Source of the DNA: Candidatus Bathyarchaeota archaeon
Lineage (GTDB): Archaea > Thermoproteota > Bathyarchaeia > Bathyarchaeales > Bathycorpusculaceae
Length of the DNA stretch: 64,000 bases
Direction: 5' to 3'
NCBI GenBank assembly: GCA_963838505.1
Contig: CAWIRG010000013.1
Coordinates: 55,679-119,678 of the forward strand
Shown: positions 8,332 through 17,247 of the stretch, piece after piece
How positions within the stretch are numbered: position 1 is the stretch's first letter
Layout of the letters: the number at the start of each line of letters is the position of its first letter
Notes under the pieces: model-generated
Seen by the model: only the letters and a program-made list of their open reading frames with translations
Told to the model about the DNA's origin: nothing
The model's database searches: none
Program-made: the position numbers and the translations under genes

Positions 8332-10002
8332 GTGGAAAAACTATTGGTTGAGCTGGAAAAGCCTGTTCACTTGCTGAGAGGGAAAAAACTGCATTGCAAG
8401 AACTGGCAAATTGAGGGCATTCTGCGGATGCTCTGTAACGTTGTCGACCCGGAAGTAGCGAAGGACCCTGAAAAGCTCATCGTATATGGAGGAACTGGAA
8501 AGGCCTGTCGGAATTGGGAATGTTTTGACCAAATTGTTGAAACATTGATAGAGTTAGAGCCTGACGAAACAATGCTCATTCAAAGTGGAAAACCCGTGGT
8601 CGTTTTCACGACTCACACGTGGGCCCCAAGAGCATTGATCGTTAATTCAATGCTCGTGCCAAAATGGGCAACGTGGGACTACTTCTACGAGTTGGAACAG
8701 AAGGGACTGATAATGTATGGACAGATGACAGCAGGATCGTGGGCATACATAGGAACGCAGGGCATTCTTCAGGGAACGTACGAGACAATGGCTGCTGTTG
8801 CGAAGGAGCACTTCGGCGGCAGCCTTCGCGGAAGGCTCGTTCTCACCGCGGGTCTCGGCGAAATGGGAGGCGCACAGCCTCTGGCTGTAACCATGAACGA
8901 CGGTGTAGCTTTAGTCGTGGAAGTTGATAAACGAGCGATTGAGCGCAGGATCAAACACAATTACTTAGAAACATGGACTGACAGCCTGGAAGAAGCTTTG
9001 AGGCTAGCTCTGGACGCTAAGCAAAGGCAAGTTCCAAGAAGTATCGGTCTGCTTGGCAACGCCGCTGATGTTTACCCGGAACTTCTAAAGAGAGGCATAA
9101 TCCCTGACGTTCTGACTGACCAGACCAGCGCACATGACCCCCTGAATGGCTATTACCCTGCAGGCATCAGCAAAGAAGAAGCGGACGACCTTAGAGAGAG
9201 CGATCCAAAAGAATACTGCAGACGTGCCAACGAGAGCATGCGCTTGCAGGTTGAAACGATGGTCAAGATGATGCACAAGGGAGCTGAAACGTTTGATTAC
9301 GGAAACAACCTTAGAGAACAGGCCAGCAAGGCTGGCTTCAAAGAGGCCTTCGCTTACCCAGGCTTTGTCCAGCGATACGTTAGACCAATGTTCTGTGAAG
9401 GAAAGGGGCCGTTTCGCTGGGCATCCCTCGTAGGCACCGAGGACGATATTCACGAGTTGGACAGGGTCATAATGAGGGATTTTGCGTATAACAAAGAGCT
9501 GTGTCGATGGATTACCAAAGCGAGAGAACATGTCAAGTTCCAAGGCCTACCCGCAAGGGTTTGCTGGCTCGGTTTCGGCGAACGGGCAAGATTTGGAAAA
9601 ACCATCAACAGCATGGTCGCCAATGGCAGTCTCTCCGGGCCAATTTGGATCGGCAGAGACCATCTAGACGGAGGAAGCGTCGCTTCTCCCTACCGGGAGA
9701 CGGAAGGCATGAAAGATGGGAGTGACGCAATTGCTGATTGGCCTGTACTAAACGCTCTAATAAACGCCGTCGGAGGAGCCACATGGGTTAGCGTGCATCA
9801 CGGTGGAGGAGTCGGAATTGGGTACAGCATACACGCGGGAATGTGCTTGGTGGCCGATGGAACCAAAGAAATGGAACGTCGAATAGAAACGGTCTTAACG
9901 ACAGATCCTGGAATGGCAGTAGTAAGACACGCAGACGCTGGCTACAAGAAGGCCCAGCAAATTGCAAAAGATGAACACATCAAAATGCCAATGCTAAGAT
10001 AA
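8332..10002 (+). CDS. hutU: urocanate hydratase
   Basis: 556 aa, GTG start. [15 protein letters not shown]-site motif and full-length urocanase-like sequence ([20 protein letters not shown]). Confidence 0.95.
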   Translation: MEKLLVELEKPVHLLRGKKLHCKNWQIEGILRMLCNVVDPEVAKDPEKLIVYGGTGKACRNWECFDQIVETLIELEPDETMLIQSGKPVVVFTTHTWAPRALIVNSMLVPKWATWDYFYELEQKGLIMYGQMTAGSWAYIGTQGILQGTYETMAAVAKEHFGGSLRGRLVLTAGLGEMGGAQPLAVTMNDGVALVVEVDKRAIERRIKHNYLETWTDSLEEALRLALDAKQRQVPRSIGLLGNAADVYPELLKRGIIPDVLTDQTSAHDPLNGYYPAGISKEEADDLRESDPKEYCRRANESMRLQVETMVKMMHKGAETFDYGNNLREQASKAGFKEAFAYPGFVQRYVRPMFCEGKGPFRWASLVGTEDDIHELDRVIMRDFAYNKELCRWITKAREHVKFQGLPARVCWLGFGERARFGKTINSMVANGSLSGPIWIGRDHLDGGSVASPYRETEGMKDGSDAIADWPVLNALINAVGGATWVSVHHGGGVGIGYSIHAGMCLVADGTKEMERRIETVLTTDPGMAVVRHADAGYKKAQQIAKDEHIKMPMLR

Positions 10003-10118
10003 AAACAGTTGACTGGAGCAAATTGCCACTTTCAATCAGCCGACCAAAACAAAATCAAGCCCTTAGCATATCCTACACGAATTTTCCAAAGCAGAGTGAC
10101 TGAGAACAAGCAACAAAA

Positions 10119-11186
10119 TCAGTTCTTTCTGTTCGCCTTGACGATTTTGTAGCCTGAAGCTTTTCGCAACCTATTCATTACCGCAAGTCCAAGTCCCCTG
10201 AGAGGCACGCCTTCAGCGAGCATTACATCAACTTCTTCCAAGTCAAGCTCTCTAATGTTAGCGAACAGATTATGCGCCACAGTGACCAGATTGCGTCTGC
10301 TTCCGAGAGATTTCACGACGTCGGCCTTATAAGAACCCACAGTTTCATCTGTGCACAGAATCCCAACCTTGCTTCCTCGTCTCTCATAGTAAGCTATCAA
10401 TTCATTCATTCTGCGGACCACGGCAGATGATTGGCCTTCAACAACGACCACCTGAGCATTTGGGGCATAATGCTTATGCTTCATTCCTGGTGAGCGGACG
10501 CTCCCAATGAGCACTGGCTTCTCAGCCGTCACAGCCGGATCGAGTTCTACTGAACCGAGAACCTGTTTTAGAGATTCAAACGTTGTTCCGCCGGGACGCA
10601 GAATCCGAGGTGGGTCGACCGTGACGTCAAGAACAGTGGATTCGACACCTATTATCGTTGAACCAGCATCCAAAACAACGTCAATTCTTCCATCTAAATC
10701 GTCCATAACATGCTTCGCTGTTGTTGGGCTTGGCTTGCCCGCGAGGTTGGCGCTTGGCGCCGAAACTGGACATTGGCTTTCGCTGATCAAGGCGAGAGCG
10801 ACTTTGTGCCGAGGCATCCTCACCGCAATTGTGTCCAAACCCGCGACGGTCACGCGGGGCACTAGCCTTGAACGTTTCAAAACTAAAGTTAAGGGTCCAG
10901 GCCAAAATGTTTTCATCAGCCTTTCAGCTTGTGGAGGAACCTCTTTGGCCAGTTCGTAAACATCCTTTACGTCGCAAACGTGCACGATGGGCGGGTTGTC
11001 CAAAGGACGTTTCTTTGCCTCAAAAAGTCTGCGGACAGCTTCTGCATTTAAGGCGTCAGCACCTAAGCCGTACACTGTTTCTGTGGGAAAAGCGACCATG
11101 CCGCCTGCCTTGATGAACCTTGCAGCGACACGTATTTTCTCGACCTGAGGATTCTTCGGATGCACCTTTAACAGTATTGTCTTCAT
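10119..11186 (-). CDS. sua5: threonylcarbamoyl-AMP synthase (Sua5/YrdC with C-terminal Sua5 domain)
   Basis: FPTETVYGLGADA and SAPSANLAGKPSPT YrdC-fold motifs, plus a ~130-aa C-terminal Sua5 domain. Confidence 0.9.
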   Translation of the reverse strand: MKTILLKVHPKNPQVEKIRVAARFIKAGGMVAFPTETVYGLGADALNAEAVRRLFEAKKRPLDNPPIVHVCDVKDVYELAKEVPPQAERLMKTFWPGPLTLVLKRSRLVPRVTVAGLDTIAVRMPRHKVALALISESQCPVSAPSANLAGKPSPTTAKHVMDDLDGRIDVVLDAGSTIIGVESTVLDVTVDPPRILRPGGTTFESLKQVLGSVELDPAVTAEKPVLIGSVRSPGMKHKHYAPNAQVVVVEGQSSAVVRRMNELIAYYERRGSKVGILCTDETVGSYKADVVKSLGSRRNLVTVAHNLFANIRELDLEEVDVMLAEGVPLRGLGLAVMNRLRKASGYKIVKANRKN

Positions 11187-11258
11187 TGAATAGCGTAGAA
11201 GGATGCCTTACCTTTTAAACCTCGCCGCAGCAGAACATAAAGAGATGCAGAAGTACGC

Positions 11259-11777
11259 TTACACAACGTAACGGTCAATGATTTTCTTCATACTCTTCGG
11301 TGCAGCCTGTTTTGCAGCAAGTTGTTTCAGTATTGAGATGACTTGAGGTTGAAAACGAGCAATGTCTGTCAGACTAACAAGTCCCACAATTCGTTTTCCA
11401 TCAACTACAGGCAGCTTCTTGATTTTCATCTGAAACATGAGTTTCACCGCTTCTCCCAAATCCATGCTTGGCTCTGCCACCACAAGCGGGGATGTAATCA
11501 CGTCCTTCACTTTTGTCTTGACTGCGTCCTTCCCACCGGCAACTATGCGCTTCAAAATATCCCTCTCTGTCAGAATCCCTATTGCCTTTCCTCTTCTAAT
11601 AGCAATCAGGCAACCTATATCGAACTTGTTCATGACGTCGGCGGCCTCCTTTACTGTGACGTTGTCATCGATTGTCATCACTTCTTTCACCATCACGTCC
11701 TCAACTTTTATTGTAACCTCGCCCTCTTTCTCCTTGATTTCATTTTGTGCCAAAATGGCCACCAAGCCTTGGATCAA
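11259..11777 (-). CDS. CBS-domain pair protein
   Basis: Two CBS repeats (VMVKEVMTIDDNVTVKEAADVM... and ITSPLVVAEPSMDLGEAVKLM...KKLPVVD). TTG start at 11777; an internal ATG start is possible. Confidence 0.8.
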   Translation of the reverse strand: MIQGLVAILAQNEIKEKEGEVTIKVEDVMVKEVMTIDDNVTVKEAADVMNKFDIGCLIAIRRGKAIGILTERDILKRIVAGGKDAVKTKVKDVITSPLVVAEPSMDLGEAVKLMFQMKIKKLPVVDGKRIVGLVSLTDIARFQPQVISILKQLAAKQAAPKSMKKIIDRYVV

Positions 11778-11831
11778 TCATTCACCAAATATATGATTTC
11801 TGGAGCCTCTCTATGCATTCACAAGCTGCAT

Positions 11832-12335
11832 TTACAAACCATGCAACCTGTCCGCAAGCATCTCGGTCTCTTTTGCAACAATGATTCTTGCCTTTTCAAA
11901 TTTCTCCTTGAGTTTAGAAAAGGGTCTGGTTGCGTCAACTCCAACTTTCGTCGTCATTCCTGTTTCCTGATCCGCGGAAGAATCCAACGTTGATCCTCGC
12001 ACGTTGTTCACGACTATCATATCCTTGTTTGCCTGGAATCTTGTCGCGACAGCCCATTCAACACTGGAAGGGTCAAACACGTCGATATCAGGATCCACGA
12101 CGACTGCGTGTTTCAGGCTGGGATGCGCTGCGAAAGCTGCCAACAAAACGTTTTTTCCATCGCCGTCAAGCTGTTTCTCCACAGAAATCACCGCGTGTAG
12201 CCATCCGCACCCTCCAATTGAGAGGTTGACCGCGTGGACTTTGGGAACAACTTTTGAAGCTGCTTCCCAGATGAGGACTTCATGGGGAACTCCCATCAAA
12301 AACCTGTGTTCAGGATCCAGAAGGCAACAGTCCAT
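11832..12335 (-). CDS. UbiD-family decarboxylase, C-terminal fragment (gene split by a shift to the +1 frame)
   Basis: PEHRFLMGVPHEV... continues the UbiD fold begun in ORF 12310..13173. The two ORFs overlap at 12310-12335 in frames offset by +1. Confidence 0.8.
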   Translation of the reverse strand: MDCCLLDPEHRFLMGVPHEVLIWEAASKVVPKVHAVNLSIGGCGWLHAVISVEKQLDGDGKNVLLAAFAAHPSLKHAVVVDPDIDVFDPSSVEWAVATRFQANKDMIVVNNVRGSTLDSSADQETGMTTKVGVDATRPFSKLKEKFEKARIIVAKETEMLADRLHGL

Positions 12336-13173
12336 GATAGATGTAGTCTTCTCGTTGCAAGATGCCTACGATTGTAACGACCGGCTGTTTTCTTTGCACA
12401 TCGTATGTGCCTGTGATATCCACGAAGGGGCCTTCAATGACCTCTTCCGTCGCTGAAATCTTTCCTTCCAAAACGATTTCGCTGTCAGCAGGGGCATAGG
12501 CATCGACGTTTTCACATTTGACCAAATGCAGGTTGCCCCCTATCAAGGTGTTCGCAACGTGAAACTCGCACACGCCGAAGGGAACCGGAGACGATGCAGC
12601 AACTAGAACCGCGGGGTGCACACCGATGGAGATAGCAATGTCAAGATCTTGGCCTGCTTCCTTCCCCTTTCGCCACAGTCTGAAAAGATGTCTAGGAACT
12701 AGACGGATAGCGAGATGGCTCTTGTCCAGAACTTGAAGACGATGTATCGAGACGTTTTCGATTTCTCCAACAACGCTCTTCGCATGAACGACAGCCGAGG
12801 TTATGTATGGAGCCGCATCCTTTTCGAAGTGCGTTAGAATTGGAAACCTCGACAAGTCAACTATCTTGATTCTCTTCAAGACCTCGTTTTCAACAACCCT
12901 CGGCTTGCTGGGCGTATGCCAAGCTTCGACTAGTTTTTCGCAGAGTCTGTTTTGGTCAACGCCGAGAGCTTTGCAAATCCTTTTTCGCGATCCGCAAACA
13001 TTGGTGACGACCTTTTTGTCACTGCCTTTCACGTTTTCAAACAATAGAATCGAACCTTCGTTGTCAAAGCTTCTTGAGACGTAGGAGATTTCAAAACGAG
13101 GTGAGACCTCTTCTTTGACACGAACTAAGTCTCCATCCTTCTCTGATGTCTTCAAGAAGTCTCTGAAGCTCAT
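12310..13173 (-). CDS. UbiD-family decarboxylase, N-terminal fragment (candidate anhydromevalonate-phosphate decarboxylase)
   Basis: MSFRDFLKTSEKDGDLVRVKEEVSPRFEI...LLFENVKGS...VVTNVCGSRKR is a typical UbiD N-terminus. The ORF ends at a TGA immediately after ...LLPSGS. Confidence 0.85.
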   Translation of the reverse strand: MSFRDFLKTSEKDGDLVRVKEEVSPRFEISYVSRSFDNEGSILLFENVKGSDKKVVTNVCGSRKRICKALGVDQNRLCEKLVEAWHTPSKPRVVENEVLKRIKIVDLSRFPILTHFEKDAAPYITSAVVHAKSVVGEIENVSIHRLQVLDKSHLAIRLVPRHLFRLWRKGKEAGQDLDIAISIGVHPAVLVAASSPVPFGVCEFHVANTLIGGNLHLVKCENVDAYAPADSEIVLEGKISATEEVIEGPFVDITGTYDVQRKQPVVTIVGILQREDYIYHGLLPSGS

Positions 13174-13577
13174 GCCGTCACTCCTTCCCTTTGCGGTTCT
13201 TTGTGAGTAACTCTCTCCATAAGCTTCTTGAAGGCCGATTGCGCCTGCCTTTCGTCCATGGATTCCAAGTATATCGAAACAAACGCTATCTTCCCTTTTG
13301 ATTCCGCAAGGTTCTCAGCAAACATTCGGGCGGATATCACATTTCTGTCGCCCACAAGAATCGACGATGATGGAGGCCCGATCAAGTCTTTTGGTTTTGG
13401 AACCGCAATTGCCAGCGTTCCAAGCTTGTCCTCTCTTTCGCTCAGCAGAACCAAACAAGAATTCTTTGCTTCGACGTAGACTGCAAGGAAACGTTTGTCT
13501 TGTTCAATTATCTCATCTTTTACGACAGCTGCACGTTCCATATTGATTCTCCATTGCTCATTAATAGCGTCATCCAC
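13170..13577 (-). CDS. hypothetical small protein translationally coupled to the UbiD-like gene
   Basis: 135-aa ORF whose stop overlaps the UbiD start (ATGA at 13170-13173). The pattern LGTLAIAVP...SSSILVGDRNVISARMFAENLAESKGKIAFVSIYL loosely recalls PAC4-type assembly-chaperone folds. That is a by-eye impression only. Confidence 0.5.
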   Translation of the reverse strand: MDDAINEQWRINMERAAVVKDEIIEQDKRFLAVYVEAKNSCLVLLSEREDKLGTLAIAVPKPKDLIGPPSSSILVGDRNVISARMFAENLAESKGKIAFVSIYLESMDERQAQSAFKKLMERVTHKEPQREGVTA

Positions 13578-14497
13578 TCACTATTTATCACTTTCAAAAA
13601 CTTAAGCAACTACGTGACGAACGACCGCCCGAAGAGAATCCCTGATACATTTGAAAAGGCATTCGCAGCGCCAAAGCAGAAGCCATCAAGCGCATATGTT
13701 TTCAAAACGTTAATTGTGACAACGATTTCATGTAATGAGGCGGATAGAAACGTCGAAAGAGCTTTCGAAGATATTTCGAGCAATTTCAGGATAGCTCACG
13801 AAGCCCTAGCGAAGGTCAAGAAAAAGAAGGTGAGGAATAATTGACTGCCAGAAGGTTATGCAGGAATAAGGCCAAGACGATGAAGCATGTTTCGCACGTA
13901 TGCGTGTTCCACCCAGTTCGCGAAGTGGACGGCCCATGTAAATAAATAGATCTCCAATGGCGTATTTCTGTTGCAGACTTGATGAGAGACTTGTATAGAG
14001 TTCTTGTGATGATCTCGTCACAGCAATTATTGAAGGCCCCTCCATTATTGTACTCTACTCATCGTGATATCCCAACGGTGCGTCTGCGACGGGATCCTTG
14101 GCATTTCTGATTGTTTTCAATTTTCTCAGTTACTTTCTTTGGGGCAATGCTATTGGTGGTCCTGAAGCTGGTGCTTCTCAGGGATCATGGATCCATAGCC
14201 CCTTATTCAGTTGGTTGCAGGAGTAGTTTGGAATGCTCATAATCGTAGCCGTAGTTGGCGAAGTGATAGCATGGCTGAGACGAGAGATCAAAAAAGCGTA
14301 AATGAACAAAGAACGCTTTTTGTTGAACTATTAGTCGCGCCTGTTCCTGCATTCACCTGTGGTGTATCCCACAGTTTTGGATTTGCTTCGTCGGGGCACG
14401 ACGATACGTTCTCAAATAGACTGACCGTCATTTAGAGCGTATGACCCGCTCTATCACACTGAAAAAGGGAGTCTGGGAACCCGCTGGCGCTCTATTT

Positions 14498-15814
14498 TCA
14501 GAAAAGTTTCTTGAATGAAGGGAAATCTGTCTGGTTTTCTTCCTCTGTGATCGGGATTTCTCTCATGTTCTTGTCCAATTTGATTTTGCCTAGCGCAAGC
14601 ACGCAGATATCTTGAGAAACAGGTGTGGATATCTTCACGGTTTTCCTCAGAAAGTCAACTTCTTGAAGAATACCTACGCCAAGGAAACTTCGATTTGAAT
14701 CGTAGAGGCCTGCGAGTAATCCTTCCTCTTCACCTTTCCGAGCTACGAAAACCTTCTTTTTCGTATACTCCTCAACTTTCTTGATGTTGTCTGCATCTAT
14801 CCAACGTTTCCTACCGATGATTACACAGACTCTGTCGCCGACTTCAGAAAGGTGCAGAGGCTTCATGCCGAGAAGACCATATATCTTGCTTGCCTGTCTG
14901 ACGTTTGTGCGGGTCTTGCATATATCAAACAGTTCATTTCCCTCGACTTTCAACCAGTTCAGCGAAAGCGATTGCACTTTCGGATTTCTCAAATATTTCG
15001 TGTAGCCAAGTTCCCTCAGGTTTCTTCGCTTTTCGATGTCTCTTTGCCTTATGGCGGATGGGGATTCAACAATGACTTTCTTGAACCTTTCAAGTGCACT
15101 GATAAGCAGTGTTGGCGCGTCCTTCTGCTGAATAAAGAAAATGATATTCGGGTTAAGCTTTTCTACAAGCTGGATCTTGTAGTTTACAGCACATTCTCCT
15201 TCGAACCAACCGTCAGTGTTGATCACGACAGATTCGGCGTTACTGTCCAAAATCTCCTTTTTCAACGATGACAAAGCCTCGATTACTTTGTCTGTAGCTT
15301 TGCTTGGCGATGTCTCCCCGACAAACAGAGCGTTCTTTGCGCGAAGACTGAATAAATCCGTTATGGGCCTGGTAACGAAAGAATAAGCCACTGTTGAAGG
15401 AGGCCCTATGTCTGATTGACCCACGTCTCCATCCAATACCGCTACTTTTCTCTTTCCACCCAATACTTTGTTTGTGAGGTACGTGCAGAAGCTTGTCTTT
15501 CCTGAGTCAACAGCGCCGAGAACCAGAGCTACGACAGGTTTTGTTGGAAGATTAATGAATTCTTCACAGGATTTAACCCATGACAAGGGGATTGTGTTTC
15601 CTTCTACTTCCTCCGCAGAAGCCCTATCGCCCAAAGCTATTTCAAACGTAGCTGCTTCTTCCACAGCAAAAGGCAGTCTTTTGCCTTCCCGTATGACAAC
15701 CTTTGCTGTCCCGTTGATTACAGAGCCGAACGCTTCCACCTTTCCTGAAGTCACTGTGACTGAAGCTGGCCCGTCAACAAGCAGAGTCGTTCCCTTCTTA
15801 ACTGTTCTGTTCAT
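14498..15814 (-). CDS. Clp1/Grc3-family polynucleotide 5'-hydroxyl kinase
   Basis: P-loop GAVDSGKTSFCTYL followed by VAVLDGDVGQSDIGPPSTV, the Clp1 D-x-D-x-GQ signature. ATG at 15814. Confidence 0.8.
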   Translation of the reverse strand: MNRTVKKGTTLLVDGPASVTVTSGKVEAFGSVINGTAKVVIREGKRLPFAVEEAATFEIALGDRASAEEVEGNTIPLSWVKSCEEFINLPTKPVVALVLGAVDSGKTSFCTYLTNKVLGGKRKVAVLDGDVGQSDIGPPSTVAYSFVTRPITDLFSLRAKNALFVGETSPSKATDKVIEALSSLKKEILDSNAESVVINTDGWFEGECAVNYKIQLVEKLNPNIIFFIQQKDAPTLLISALERFKKVIVESPSAIRQRDIEKRRNLRELGYTKYLRNPKVQSLSLNWLKVEGNELFDICKTRTNVRQASKIYGLLGMKPLHLSEVGDRVCVIIGRKRWIDADNIKKVEEYTKKKVFVARKGEEEGLLAGLYDSNRSFLGVGILQEVDFLRKTVKISTPVSQDICVLALGKIKLDKNMREIPITEEENQTDFPSFKKLF

Positions 15815-16451
15815 CTTTTTTTCTCCTCTGAAACCTATGGCCATTTCTTCCTGCTATTTGTATGGCTGAAACGATATCTCTTAAGCCTCTTCTATGTTTC
15901 GCTCCACCTAAGTAACGATTTGTTCCAGTTTCGCTGACGCTTTCCAACGAAACATTTGCTGGTAGAGCCTTGTCTAGGGCGCGAAACAACTTCTCTTTAC
16001 ACTGGGGGACTCCGTCCCCTATCTTAACTGAGACAGATAATACGCGAGTATTTTCAACGTTTCGTATAATATCCGCTATTTTGAGCAACATTTCTTCAAT
16101 GCTGAAACAGTTTCCTGTTTCTATGACCTTTCCATCAACTAGAACTGCCAGTCCAAACACTTCACCCGGATCTACGCCAACCGTGATTTTTTCAAAGAAC
16201 CCTCTTCCTTGAGTGATTCTCAAAGCTTCATCTATCAAGGTTACTGGCTGCATCCCTTCTTTGAAGGTGAGTATTCTTTGATGTTTTATCAAGGACTTCT
16301 CCTTTTCGGTGGTGATAACAACGTCAATTTCCATGGGTATTGGTTCGTACGGAGTTAAGCTCAGGAAAGGTGTGTTCCTCCTTCTTAACTCGTTGACAAC
16401 CAGATAATAGTTTTTCCCAAGGACGGTTACGACAGCAATTTTCGCTTTCAT
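15798..16451 (-). CDS. RNase H-fold (RuvC/YqgF-like) domain protein, uncharacterised
   Basis: ATG at 16451 (MKAKIAVV). ITVGVDPGEVFGLAVLVDGKVIETG resembles the first beta-strands and catalytic Asp of RuvC/YqgF nucleases. The stop overlaps the Clp1 start by 17 nt. Confidence 0.5.
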   Translation of the reverse strand: MKAKIAVVTVLGKNYYLVVNELRRRNTPFLSLTPYEPIPMEIDVVITTEKEKSLIKHQRILTFKEGMQPVTLIDEALRITQGRGFFEKITVGVDPGEVFGLAVLVDGKVIETGNCFSIEEMLLKIADIIRNVENTRVLSVSVKIGDGVPQCKEKLFRALDKALPANVSLESVSETGTNRYLGGAKHRRGLRDIVSAIQIAGRNGHRFQRRKKDEQNS

Positions 16452-16467
16452 ATGGGCAATCCTGGTT

Positions 16468-17247
16468 GTGCGAGATGCTCCAACGCAAAACAAATTATTG
16501 GTTTCGATGTTTATATCTGTGACGTGTCCAAACGTGCAGCGAAACATTCCAACAGGCTTAAGAACAATAGACCAGTATCTAGGAGGGGGCCTCTCGCCGG
16601 ACAGTATTGGCCTCATCTATGGCGAGGCGGAGACTGGAAAAACGACTCTCGCCATGCAATGTGCCATAAACTGTGCAAAGCAAGGGCACAGAACGCTGTT
16701 TATTGACTGCGACAATACATTCTCAGTTCAACGACTTGCTCAGATAACGGCGGAACAGTTCGCAGGCATAGCGGATCTCTTGGTCCTGGCAAGGCCCCGT
16801 GACTTTCACGAACAAACAACTATTATGGATCAGTTGGTTGAGTTCGTAAAAAACAACTTCGGACTCATAGTCGTGGACACGTTCACGACTCTCTATCGTC
16901 TAAGAGTTGCAGAGTCTCCATCAAGAACGTTTGAACTGAACAGGGAACTCAACAGACAATTGGCAGTTTTAGCTCAAACCGTAAAAACCGAAAAAACCAC
17001 TGCTCTGATAACAAGCCAAGTTCACAGCGTTCTAGACAAAGCCACTGCAAACATGGAGCCCGTTGCTACAAGGGTTCTGAAATTTTGGGCTAACACAATA
17101 TTTGAGCTGAAACCCACCGAGAACCAACATGTGATCGAAGTGACCTTAGAGAAAAGCCTTCAGAAACTTCAGCCAAAGACCAAGAAGGCCATAATTGAAA
17201 ACTCGGGCATACGCGAATGCTCAGGCGACAAGGGAGTTGCAGACTGA
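16468..17247 (+). CDS. radB: RadB-like RecA-superfamily ATPase
   Basis: IPTGLRTIDQYLGGGL, Walker A GEAETGKTTLAMQ, FIDCDNTFSVQRLAQI and Walker B LIVVDTF. The start may be the internal ATG at 16507, because 16468 is only 17 nt from the divergent gene. Confidence 0.75.
   Translation: MRDAPTQNKLLVSMFISVTCPNVQRNIPTGLRTIDQYLGGGLSPDSIGLIYGEAETGKTTLAMQCAINCAKQGHRTLFIDCDNTFSVQRLAQITAEQFAGIADLLVLARPRDFHEQTTIMDQLVEFVKNNFGLIVVDTFTTLYRLRVAESPSRTFELNRELNRQLAVLAQTVKTEKTTALITSQVHSVLDKATANMEPVATRVLKFWANTIFELKPTENQHVIEVTLEKSLQKLQPKTKKAIIENSGIRECSGDKGVAD

Noticed and set aside
12311-12316. GGATCC (BamHI site) occurring at two of the three frameshift points, as a sign of engineered or site-specific disruption
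   Set aside because: At least eight other GGATCC sites in the window lie inside intact reading frames (for example at about 22815, 24934, 25021, 55894 and 60094). The third frameshift is at an A-run. Coincidence is the simpler explanation.
13806-14435. ORFs 13806..14045 and 14211..14435, and a 47-aa minus-strand ORF I traced at about 14210-14350, as genes filling the 920-bp gap
   Set aside because: They show no motifs, poor composition and no Shine-Dalgarno or TATA context. The region is left unannotated and flagged as an unexplained gap instead.
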